Assembly: GCF_001306055.1 (NCBI RefSeq)
Contig: NZ_LGHJ01000012.1
Coordinates: 210,001-242,000 of the forward strand
Direction of reading: 5' to 3'
From: Bellilinea caldifistulae
GTDB lineage: Bacteria > Chloroflexota > Anaerolineae > Anaerolineales > Anaerolineaceae
DNA: 32,000 nt
The position numbers were made by a program, and so were the translations under genes. Positions 16,497 through 24,265 of this stretch are shown here, one piece after another. Under the pieces are notes generated by a model. That model had not been told where the DNA came from and searched no databases. It saw nothing but the letters and a program-made list of their open reading frames with translations. Each line of letters begins with the position of its first letter. Positions within the stretch are counted from its first letter, which is position 1.

Positions 16497-17567
16497 TCAG
16501 GGAAGCAGACGCAAGTTAAGTACCCCAATGGGCTGCTCAACCTTCAAGCGAATCCGGGCATTTTGGGCATCCGCACCCGGCGAATACAGATACTCCCCCT
16601 CAGTCCGAAACTCACCGGCCGGGATATTGCGCATCGTGATAGCCGTATCTGCGTGAATTTCCACCAACGCCCCGCGCGGAATTTCGATGGTCAGGCTGCC
16701 AATCGGGTTGCTGATCACCCCTTCAAACGCATCTTCGGACGACAGACGCACCGTCAACTGCCCCACCGCCACCGAGGCGTTCAACCGTTCCAGGTCCAAT
16801 CCGTCCAAGTCCAATATCTGATCGCCGGCGCCGGTGTTGGTTTCCAGGGCAATCGGCACCTCTCCGCTCAGTTTGATCTGCCAGTTCGGGGATTGAAAAC
16901 TGCCCGCCCAGGGCAGGTACACCACCCCGGAACTGCCCAGTGAATAACTCCCCAGCCCATTTTGAACCACGTAGCGGTCATCCAGCTCCTGCTGCCGCGC
17001 CAGAATGACCTGGCCCTCAGCCAGTAATTGAGAACTTGCCGTACCTTGCACCATCAATCCACCGGCCGGGTTGGAAAGACGCACAATCGCCCGCTCGGCA
17101 CCTTGTAGAGGTTGGGAGATGGCAACCACCTGTCCACCCATCAAACCCTGATTTCCTGCCGCCAGCCAGAAGACCGCCCCCACCACCAGAAGTGTGAGAA
17201 GCACGGCCGCCAGTGTTACCCAGCGCGAACTACCGCGCAGGATGATGTCCAACCCGATGACAATCAAAAACAACGGCCACAAGCGTAGTAGCATATTCAG
17301 GGCATTCCCGGGCAAGGCGCCGAAATTACTCAGCAAAAAGACCGTCCCCAAACCAATCGAGAAGATGCCCCACACCCAGCCTTCCCCTCGCAAAATGTGA
17401 TCAATCCCGCCGATCAAAAAAATCAACGGCCACAGACGCAGCAAAGTTGCCCACACATCGCCCGGCAGGGCACCCAACGTGTTCAACAATAAAATCACCC
17501 CCAGGACGATCAACATCAACGGCCAGAAAATACTACGCCGAGGATGAACCGGTTTGTACTCACTCAT
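16497..17567 (-). CDS. LiaF-like membrane protein: duplicated LiaI/LiaF-type TM hairpin plus C-terminal toastrack (DUF2154/DUF4097-like) domain
   Basis: Track ORF 16497..17612. The ATG at 17567 is preceded by GAGGAGGGGATC. There are two copies of the LGALPG..LLRLWPL..G.D.ILRG hairpin. The C-terminus has repeating beta-strand units (ETNTGAGDQILDLDGLDLERLNASVAVGQLTVRL...). Confidence 0.75.
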   Translation of the reverse strand: MSEYKPVHPRRSIFWPLMLIVLGVILLLNTLGALPGDVWATLLRLWPLIFLIGGIDHILRGEGWVWGIFSIGLGTVFLLSNFGALPGNALNMLLRLWPLFLIVIGLDIILRGSSRWVTLAAVLLTLLVVGAVFWLAAGNQGLMGGQVVAISQPLQGAERAIVRLSNPAGGLMVQGTASSQLLAEGQVILARQQELDDRYVVQNGLGSYSLGSSGVVYLPWAGSFQSPNWQIKLSGEVPIALETNTGAGDQILDLDGLDLERLNASVAVGQLTVRLSSEDAFEGVISNPIGSLTIEIPRGALVEIHADTAITMRNIPAGEFRTEGEYLYSPGADAQNARIRLKVEQPIGVLNLRLLP

Positions 17568-17577
17568 GATCCCCTCC

Positions 17578-18213
17578 TCATCCGCGCCGCAGCGCGCGCA
17601 CAAACAACACAATGCCCGCCAGAATCATCAACGCGGGAATGGCATATGCTGCCCATTCCACACTGACGCCCATGACAATCAGGGAAATGACCACCATCAC
17701 CCCTGCCGGCCAGAGTGCCCATTCCATGCGCTCTCCACCCGGTGTGGGCAGCAGGTAAACCAACCCAAAGGTAGCCGCCAGACCAAGCAGAAAGATCCAG
17801 GCAATCGACTCGCCGAAAACCGGCTCAAGCACCAGCATGACCACCAGACTGGCCATTACCCCCGCCGGGATGATTGCCCACCAGAAGTTACGGTTAAGGA
17901 TGTAAACCACGATGAAGCTCAGTCCAATCCCGCCCAGCACAATGGCGCCGCCGATCTGATCGGTAGCGGCTGGGGCAAGCCGGCTCAAACCGATCAGTGC
18001 CCCAATCCCCAGCAGGGTGAAGCCGGGGATGGCTGCCCACCACTGATTGCGGTCATTGGCCAGAACTGCCAGAAAGGCAGCCCCACCCAGCAGGAATAAA
18101 AACGACCAGAGCAAACCGCTCAATTCAACCTGAAAGACGGCATCCAGCAGGGCAATCACTCCCATGAGGATTAACCCGCCTCCCGCCAGAATACGCCAAT
18201 TCCACCTCGACAT
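17578..18213 (-). CDS. polytopic membrane protein with three internal W-W-A-x-I-P-x-G type repeats
   Basis: AAGGAGAG precedes the ATG at 18213. 211 aa, almost entirely hydrophobic. The recurring motifs are NQWWAAIPGF, RNFWWAIIPAG and RMEWALWPAG. Confidence 0.7.
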   Translation of the reverse strand: MSRWNWRILAGGGLILMGVIALLDAVFQVELSGLLWSFLFLLGGAAFLAVLANDRNQWWAAIPGFTLLGIGALIGLSRLAPAATDQIGGAIVLGGIGLSFIVVYILNRNFWWAIIPAGVMASLVVMLVLEPVFGESIAWIFLLGLAATFGLVYLLPTPGGERMEWALWPAGVMVVISLIVMGVSVEWAAYAIPALMILAGIVLFVRALRRG

Positions 18214-18238
18214 GATTTCTCTCCTTGATTTTGAGAAT

Positions 18239-19045
18239 TTATCCGCTGGTTATCTCAATTGAACCCAGCCCTGCTTCGACTTTGATTTCCACCCGGCGTT
18301 CTGCCAGATCATAACCGGGTGTTTCATAGGTTGTGCCGTTGAAAGGGAAGCGCTGCGGGTCAATTTTGCTGCCCACCAGGCCGCTCTCCATCTCAATTCG
18401 TCCGGCTACGCCATCGGGGACGCGTAAAACGACCGAGGCTGCCCCGGCGCGTACAACCACCCGGCAGAATGGCGACTGAGCCGGCAGGGTGATTTCGCTC
18501 GAACTCGCCCCGGTTTCCAGCACCACCCGCTTCACACTCAAATCGCGCAGATTGATGCGGTTTTCACCCGCCCCGGTATGAAAGGTCAGATCCAGTGGCA
18601 CTTCGCGGCTGAGTTTGACATCCCAGCGCAGCCCTTCTTCACCCGACCAGGGTATATCCAGCGGGGTCAATACCGGGTCTGCACTCAAGGTCACCCGCGC
18701 CAGTGTGCCTTCCTGTTGTACCGAGTGGCGTACACCACCCACAAACGAACCTTCCAGCAGTTGTCCCGGAGCTGCGTCGCCGCTGACCAGCAACCGCCCG
18801 GCTCCGTGGTTGAATTCGATGCTGGATTCGCCGGCGGTTTGCAGCGGAATGGCAAGATTTTCCACTTCCAGCGATTGTTTACCTGCCAGTCGCGGACGCA
18901 GCAAGATCCACGCTCCCAGCAGAATCAAAACCAAAGGCCAGAAATAGGTCCATACGCTCCACGCCAGCACACCCAGCGTCTGCAAGAGGAATAATGTCCC
19001 CAGCAGAATGAGAATAAGCCCCCCAAACAAACGATTACGATGCAT
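18239..19045 (-). CDS. LiaF-like membrane protein: one LiaI/LiaF-type TM hairpin plus C-terminal toastrack domain
   Basis: Track ORF 18239..19141. The ATG at 19045 is preceded by AAGGAGAGTTAAA. The N-terminus reads LFGGLILILLGTLFLLQTLGVLAWSVWTYFWPLVLILLGAWILLRP. The C-terminus reads ...TFHTGAGENRINLRDLSVKRVVLETGASSSEITLP...VVVRAGAASVVLRVP... Confidence 0.75.
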   Translation of the reverse strand: MHRNRLFGGLILILLGTLFLLQTLGVLAWSVWTYFWPLVLILLGAWILLRPRLAGKQSLEVENLAIPLQTAGESSIEFNHGAGRLLVSGDAAPGQLLEGSFVGGVRHSVQQEGTLARVTLSADPVLTPLDIPWSGEEGLRWDVKLSREVPLDLTFHTGAGENRINLRDLSVKRVVLETGASSSEITLPAQSPFCRVVVRAGAASVVLRVPDGVAGRIEMESGLVGSKIDPQRFPFNGTTYETPGYDLAERRVEIKVEAGLGSIEITSG

Positions 19046-19059
19046 TTTAACTCTCCTTA

Positions 19060-19566
19060 TTATCGAAACCGAAAACTCGTCAGCAAAAGGCTGGCGTTGG
19101 ATAACCACTCCGGTTGATTCCACGAATTGCTCACCAGCCACACCAGCGACGGCAGAAGGTAAGCCGCCGCTACCAGCAAAACACAGCCAGTCAACAGCCC
19201 GCGAATTTGCTGTAAGGTAAATTCCCAGCCACTGCCGGTCAGTTTGTCAACGCCAATCGTCAAACCGACCAGCGCCAGAATGAAGGCAGCCGCCAGAACA
19301 ATACTCTGCCAGATATCCGCTTCATAACGAAACACCATCAGGATGCTGAACAAGACCAGCGAAAGGGTGAGAAGCGCCACAAAGGTTCGGGCCGACATTA
19401 GACTGACACACGTGCGCAGCAAATAGATGGCTGCCAGTGTGACCAGACCGCCCAGTACAATTCCGTTGACCATCCCAACCTCGTTACGAATGACCCAGGT
19501 CAACCAGCCGGCAGTCAACCAGAGGATGCCTGTCAGGCTTACAAACGGAAGCAGTAAGCGTTTCAT
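19060..19566 (-). CDS. polytopic membrane protein, first gene of the toastrack operon
   Basis: Track ORF 19060..19620. The ATG at 19566 (MKRLLLPFVSLTGILWL...) follows GGGGAGATGCGCG. About 5 hydrophobic helices are visible. It ends 14 nt before the next start. Confidence 0.6.
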   Translation of the reverse strand: MKRLLLPFVSLTGILWLTAGWLTWVIRNEVGMVNGIVLGGLVTLAAIYLLRTCVSLMSARTFVALLTLSLVLFSILMVFRYEADIWQSIVLAAAFILALVGLTIGVDKLTGSGWEFTLQQIRGLLTGCVLLVAAAYLLPSLVWLVSNSWNQPEWLSNASLLLTSFRFR

Positions 19567-19699
19567 CGCGCATCTCCCCAAACCGCCCGATACGGATTGA
19601 AATTCTGCCGGCAAAGCCAACCTTGGACGATTAAATAATACCGCATGGTCATGCTTAACATACGCAGGAAATGGAGATTAGTTGCATCACCCCAAATTA

Positions 19700-19725
19700 A
19701 TCGCGCCGCCTTGCGGCGGCGCGAT
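19700..19725 (-). terminator. intrinsic terminator after the DUF3048 gene
   Basis: ATCGCGCCGCC-ttgc-GGCGGCGCGAT forms a perfect 11-bp GC stem, 39 nt past the stop at 19764. The minus-strand RNA continues UAAUUUGG. Confidence 0.65.
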
Positions 19726-19763
19726 ATTTTCCAAAATTCAGTAAAATGGGCAGAGCCGGCAAT

Positions 19764-20999
19764 TTACCAATCGCTCACAAAGCGAAACCGCCATACCGCC
19801 CCATCCTGAGCAACCGTCGTATTGACCGTCATCACCTCAAACCAGGTTTTACCCGGTTTGAAAGCCACTGGTTTGCCCTCTCCATCCACCAACGTGAGCA
19901 CGTCGCTTTCGGTCAATCGCTGCCACTTGACTTCAAACATCCGCCCATCGCGGAACAAATAAGCCGGGCCGCTGCCGAGAATGCTCATGTCCAGCACCTC
20001 TACATCCGGGCGCGGGTCAACTTCATTGTGCCGCACCTGAATGATGACCAGATTATCCGCAGCGATCTGCTGCTTGGTGAGGGCATCGGTCAGCGGTGCG
20101 TACTCGGCAGCGTTCCCATCGGGATCATTGCGGGTTTCGGAAAAGCGCAGGTAACGGCCGCTGGCGGCATCATAATCCCAGCGGTTGTAAATAGCCGCCG
20201 AAAAACGCACAAACACCTGCTCGGCCGGTTTACCCCCTGCGGGAAGCGTGTAATTGAAGGCCATCCCGTCCAGATTTGGGCGGGTATTGTCAATCCCACG
20301 GGCTTTAATCAGGTTTTGCAGTTCAATGGTATTGGCAGCCAGATAATTCTTTCCGCGCGGGTCAACCCGGCATACCGCCGGGCAGGATGCGCCGCTTTCC
20401 AGCACCAGCCGGCTGCTGAACTCGGAATTGACCAGCCGCTGGAACACCGGTGCATAGGCGTAGCCAAAAACAAAGATGGGTTTGTACATGCGAATCAGAT
20501 TCACATCCGAATAACGCGCCGAGCGTATCGGCATGACCTGCTCGGCGTCCTGCCCGTAGAACAACGCGGCAAAGCGGGTGGTGCCGTACTCGGTGTAAAA
20601 CTCATAGACAATATCCGCCAGCGAAAGTCCGGATTGCGGCCGGTCATCCCGTGGCAGATTCTGAACTTTGATCAGAATGGGGCGGCGGTTGAGGATTTGC
20701 GGGTCGGTCACCTTCAAACCGGTTAGAGGATTGACATCCGCCGGGAAATTGGTCGGGCCGTAACCCTCGGCCGGATAATCCAGCGTAGGGGTGAGGGTGG
20801 GCGCTGGCGTTTCGGTGGCGGTTGGCGCCGGTGTATTGGTAGCAGGCAGGAAGGGGGTATCCAGCGCTTTGCGGGTGGCCGTCGCCTCCAGATCAATGAC
20901 TGTGGTTGGTTGAGCAGTTGGTTGAGGGGTATTGGTCTGGCAGGCGGCCAGCCCCAGCAACACGATCAGCAATGCAAGCATAAATCCGATTTTCTTCAT
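19764..20999 (-). CDS. DUF3048 (YerB-like) domain lipoprotein
   Basis: Track ORF 19764..21032. The ATG at 20999 gives MKKIGFMLALLIVLLGLAAC (lipobox), then a Thr/Pro-rich linker, then RPILIKVQNLPRDDRPQSGLSLADIVYEFYTEYGTTRFAALFY, the DUF3048 core as I recall it. Confidence 0.8.
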   Translation of the reverse strand: MKKIGFMLALLIVLLGLAACQTNTPQPTAQPTTVIDLEATATRKALDTPFLPATNTPAPTATETPAPTLTPTLDYPAEGYGPTNFPADVNPLTGLKVTDPQILNRRPILIKVQNLPRDDRPQSGLSLADIVYEFYTEYGTTRFAALFYGQDAEQVMPIRSARYSDVNLIRMYKPIFVFGYAYAPVFQRLVNSEFSSRLVLESGASCPAVCRVDPRGKNYLAANTIELQNLIKARGIDNTRPNLDGMAFNYTLPAGGKPAEQVFVRFSAAIYNRWDYDAASGRYLRFSETRNDPDGNAAEYAPLTDALTKQQIAADNLVIIQVRHNEVDPRPDVEVLDMSILGSGPAYLFRDGRMFEVKWQRLTESDVLTLVDGEGKPVAFKPGKTWFEVMTVNTTVAQDGAVWRFRFVSDW

Positions 21000-21084
21000 G
21001 GTTGGAACACGCCTCCGGCAAACAAAATCCATAGCCGATGATACTTCAATAAGCGCTTATTTGTACAGGTTTATTTTTCCCTGC

Positions 21085-21093
21085 TGTTATAAT
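21085..21093 (+). promoter_or_regulatory. extended -10 promoter element TGtTATAAT
   Basis: TG-T-TATAAT is a perfect extended -10. The in-frame ATG at 21101 begins 8 nt after the hexamer, consistent with a leaderless or near-leaderless transcript. Confidence 0.45.
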
Positions 21094-21100
21094 GGCTGGC

Positions 21101-21913
21101 ATGAGGATCATCCGGCGCATCGGGCCAAAGGGACAAATTTATTTGAAAAGTGGTCTGGCAGGATTTGCCCTGGTGGTATTGACCATCTGGCTGGCGCTCA
21201 CTCCGCCCGGCATACTTGGCAAGGCCGATGCCATTGGCTATGCCGTCTGCCACCGCATCGAGCTGCGTTCCTTCTGGATTGGCGACCGCCCAACGCCGCT
21301 GTGCGCGCGCTGTTCGGGGATGTATCTGGGCATGCTGACCGGCTTCATCTTTCAATGGGCGCAGGGAAAACGCTCGGCGCTGCCGCCGCTGCGCATCAGC
21401 ATTCCGCTCAGTGTCTTTTTGATCACCTTTGGGGTGGACGGGCTGAATTCTTACCTGCACTTTTTCCCGCAGGCGCCCACCCTTTACCCGCCCAGTAACC
21501 TGCTGCGGCTGGCCACCGGCAGTGGACTGGGGGTGTTGGTAGCGGTCATCTTTCTGCCTTTGTTCAATCAATACTTCTGGATTGAGCCCGACCCGCGCCC
21601 GGCGCTGGCGAGTTACCGGCAGGTCTTCCTGCTTCTGCTGCTGGTCGGGTTGGTTTCGGCAGCCATGTACCTGCAAATTCCGGTGCTGATCACCGTACTG
21701 GCCGTCCTCAGCGCTGTTACCGTCTGGCTGGTTTTGGGCATGTGTTACAGCCTGTTGTGGATGACCATTTTTCATCAGGAAAATTCAATGGACACTTTAA
21801 AGAGCGGCTGGGTGATCCTGACAGCCGGCTTCACCACCGCACTATTGCAGATTGGTGCGGTGGACTGGTTGCGCTATACTTTAACCGGAACATGGTCGGG
21901 GTTTATTTTCTAA
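21101..21913 (+). CDS. DUF2085 family membrane protein
   Basis: Track ORF 21092..21913. The ATG at 21092 is embedded in the TATAAT, so 21101 is preferred. The motif CHRIELRSFWIGDRPTPLCARCSGMYLG (CH..R.F...CARC.G) is followed by several TM helices. Confidence 0.75.
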   Translation: MRIIRRIGPKGQIYLKSGLAGFALVVLTIWLALTPPGILGKADAIGYAVCHRIELRSFWIGDRPTPLCARCSGMYLGMLTGFIFQWAQGKRSALPPLRISIPLSVFLITFGVDGLNSYLHFFPQAPTLYPPSNLLRLATGSGLGVLVAVIFLPLFNQYFWIEPDPRPALASYRQVFLLLLLVGLVSAAMYLQIPVLITVLAVLSAVTVWLVLGMCYSLLWMTIFHQENSMDTLKSGWVILTAGFTTALLQIGAVDWLRYTLTGTWSGFIF

Positions 21914-21935
21914 GCACTCGACCGGGGAGATTCGC

Positions 21936-22505
21936 ATGATGGAATTGCTGGGAGTATTCACTGCTTTTGGGTTATCGGCCAGCGCCGGTTTGAACGCCTA
22001 CATTCCCCTGCTGGTGGTTGCGCTGCTGGCAAAATTTACCGACCTGCTCACCCTGCGCCCGCCGTGGGATGCGCTCGAATCCTGGTGGATCATCGGCTTG
22101 CTGGTGGTTCTCTCGCTGATCGAATTCTTCGCCGATAAAGTACCGGCTGTCAACCACATTAACGATTTGATTCAGACCTTCATCCGTCCTACTGCCGGGG
22201 CAATTGCCTTTGCCGCCAGCGCCAATGTGATCACCGATGTGCATCCGGTTTTATCGCTGGGTCTGGGTTTGCTGGTAGCCGGGGGGGTTCATGCCGTAAA
22301 AACCCTGGCCGTCCGCCCGGCGGTGACCGCCACCACCGGCGGAGCCGGTAATGTGCCGGTCAGCATCGCCGAGGATGTGGTTTCCACCATTTTTTCCATT
22401 CTGGCTGTAGTCGTACCGGTTGTGATCGCCTGCCTGCTGGTGCTGATAACCGCCTATATCATCTGGCGTTGGTACCGCAAGGCAAAACGCCTAAACACCG
22501 TTTAG
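21936..22505 (+). CDS. DUF4126 family membrane protein
   Basis: GGGGAGA lies upstream. FGLSASAGLNAYIPLLVVALLAKFT...FFADKVPAVNHIND... is the pattern I recall for DUF4126. Four to five TM helices. Confidence 0.7.
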   Translation: MMELLGVFTAFGLSASAGLNAYIPLLVVALLAKFTDLLTLRPPWDALESWWIIGLLVVLSLIEFFADKVPAVNHINDLIQTFIRPTAGAIAFAASANVITDVHPVLSLGLGLLVAGGVHAVKTLAVRPAVTATTGGAGNVPVSIAEDVVSTIFSILAVVVPVVIACLLVLITAYIIWRWYRKAKRLNTV

Positions 22506-23267
22506 GGTTTGTTTGGAATTGCGCCGGCGGGTCAGGTAACCGGTCAAGGCCATAACACCAAGCAAGCCGGCAATTGCGATCAAGCCGAGGGGACTGTAAT
22601 AGGACAATTGACCATCATCGCGTAAATTGTAGTAAGCCCGCCAGTCCCACGTCAGGCTGTTGATCAGATCCACAATCACCACACCGGCCGCGCCACCAAC
22701 AAGCACCAACGCGCGGGCAAGCGGGTTTTGCAGGCGGGAATAAAACCATACAGCCGTCACCAACAGGAAGGTGGCCACCAGAATGAAGCCGTAAAGAAAG
22801 GGGTGATGGTTTTCATCGAACAGCACCACAAACCAGCCGATGAACGTAAAAAAGCCAAACGCCAGCAACGTCCAATCCCGCCACAAGCCCGCCAGCATCC
22901 TCTTCAGCGGCTGAGTGGAGCGGCGCAGCAACACTCCGCTTACAAGCGCCACCGGCACCGCCACCCATAATGACCTTGCCAGTAAAACCCCATCCGCCCT
23001 CATTCCCGCAAGCCACCAGCCGGTGATCATCGCCCAGAAGAGGAAGGCATACGCCCAACGGGGAAAACCAAGCATCACCCCCACCAGCAGACCGGTCAAG
23101 ACCAGCCCGTAGAAAATCAAAATCGGATTAAGCCAGAATGGAAAGGAGGGGAGGAATCGCGGATAATGGAAAGCCAGGCTGAGCAGTCCATAAGCCGCAA
23201 ACGGCAGCGCCGCCAGCCAGCCACCCCCACCGGCAAGTGCACCTCGCACGGATTGGTTGCCCATCAT
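22491..23267 (-). CDS. hypothetical polytopic membrane protein
   Basis: 258 aa with about 8 hydrophobic helices and a weak AAAGGA SD. It converges on the DUF4126 gene with a 15-nt 3' overlap. No recognised family. Confidence 0.6.
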   Translation of the reverse strand: MMGNQSVRGALAGGGGWLAALPFAAYGLLSLAFHYPRFLPSFPFWLNPILIFYGLVLTGLLVGVMLGFPRWAYAFLFWAMITGWWLAGMRADGVLLARSLWVAVPVALVSGVLLRRSTQPLKRMLAGLWRDWTLLAFGFFTFIGWFVVLFDENHHPFLYGFILVATFLLVTAVWFYSRLQNPLARALVLVGGAAGVVIVDLINSLTWDWRAYYNLRDDGQLSYYSPLGLIAIAGLLGVMALTGYLTRRRNSKQTLNGV

Positions 23268-23301
23268 CTTTTAAAATCCTTTCTGCGAACCCGACAAAAC
23301 A

Positions 23302-23345
23302 AACCCAAAATTGTGACCATTAGTATAGTAGCACAATTTTGGGTT
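23302..23345. repeat. perfect 14-bp inverted repeat with 16-nt spacer in the arsM / membrane-protein intergenic region
   Basis: AACCCAAAATTGTG-accattagtatagtag-CACAATTTTGGGTT. On the minus strand it lies 38 nt after the arsM stop and is followed by UGUUUUGU. The spacer carries TGcTACTAT (extended -10-like) pointing at the gene that starts at 23267. Confidence 0.55.
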
Positions 23346-23382
23346 GAGCGTTCCTTCGATTTTCTAATTTTGGGGCAGAGTA

Positions 23383-24192
23383 CTAAGCAGAAGGTTTTCT
23401 GGCTTCGATAACTGCCGAAACCACATAATCCTCAATTTTACTCCCCGGCGACCAGTCCCGGATAAAAGATTTACTCTCATCCTTCGGTTGAATCCGAATT
23501 TCCACGAACCCCGCTTTCTGTAAAAAGCGTTCCAGCTCTTGTATGGTGGCTGCACCGGCTGCGCAGGAGGTATAAAGGCTCATGTCCTCTTTGAAGATCG
23601 CCGGTAATTCTGCAATCGCCACCACATCCGAAACTGCCAGTCGCCCGCCCGGTTTGAGCGCCCGGAAAGCCTCGCGAAAAACCTCCTCCTTGTCCGGGGA
23701 AAGATTGATCACGCAATTCGAAATGATCACATCCACACTGCCATCCCCTACCGGCAAATGTTCGATTTCGCCAAGCCGAAACTCCACATTGGTAAAACCG
23801 CCCTTTTGCGCGTTCCGCCTTGCACGGCTGATCATCTCGGGCGACATATCCACACCAATCACCCGCCCCTGCGACCCGACCGCCTTCGCTGCCAGGAAAC
23901 AATCCAACCCGCCGCCGCTGCCGAGATCAAGAACCGTTTCACCGGGTTTGAGCGCAGCAATCGCCTGCGGATTGCCACATCCCAGACCGAGATTGGCACC
24001 ATCCGGCACATTGATCAGATCTTCAGCCGAGTAACCCAGCGAGAGAGAAATATCCACCACCCTCCCGTCATCAGCCGAACTGCAACAGCCACCCGAAGAA
24101 GAGCAACCACATCCACTGCTGCCAGTGGCACCGATCTTTCCGTAATTTTCCCGCACCGCCGTGCGAAGAATCTCTTTACGATTGTCGTCCAT
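23383..24192 (-). CDS. arsM: arsenite S-adenosylmethionine methyltransferase-like protein
   Basis: GGAGGAATTTA precedes the ATG. VRENYGKI..., an N-terminal Cys cluster, LGLGCGNP, the SAM motif VLDLGSGGGLD, DVIISNCVINLSPDK, LKPGGRLAVSDVV and YTSCAAGA all match ArsM as I recall it from Rhodopseudomonas. Confidence 0.85.
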   Translation of the reverse strand: MDDNRKEILRTAVRENYGKIGATGSSGCGCSSSGGCCSSADDGRVVDISLSLGYSAEDLINVPDGANLGLGCGNPQAIAALKPGETVLDLGSGGGLDCFLAAKAVGSQGRVIGVDMSPEMISRARRNAQKGGFTNVEFRLGEIEHLPVGDGSVDVIISNCVINLSPDKEEVFREAFRALKPGGRLAVSDVVAIAELPAIFKEDMSLYTSCAAGAATIQELERFLQKAGFVEIRIQPKDESKSFIRDWSPGSKIEDYVVSAVIEARKPSA

Positions 24193-24265
24193 TAAATTCC
24201 TCCAAAAGTGAGTTTGTACTACTAATTAAAGACGGAAGAAACTTGAAATGGACGCAAACGGAATC

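Noticed and set aside
15786-16943. Long + strand ORF (385 aa) spanning the SIMPL gene, an intergenic terminator and the 3' end of the toastrack gene.
   Set aside because: It is antisense to two well-supported minus-strand genes that have SD sequences and recognisable domains. Its translation is Arg/His/Gly-rich low-complexity sequence typical of shadow ORFs in GC-rich DNA.
19746-20726. 326-aa + strand ORF.
   Set aside because: It is antisense to the DUF3048 lipoprotein gene, with no SD and no recognisable motifs. It is a shadow ORF.
24193-24265. An ECF-type promoter (GAAC-like -35 / CGTC-like -10) upstream of arsM. The strings GCGTCC and CCGTCT are present.
   Set aside because: The spacing and -35 match are poor by eye. 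Without a family-specific motif model I cannot support a site call, so the idea is kept only as a hypothesis in the findings.
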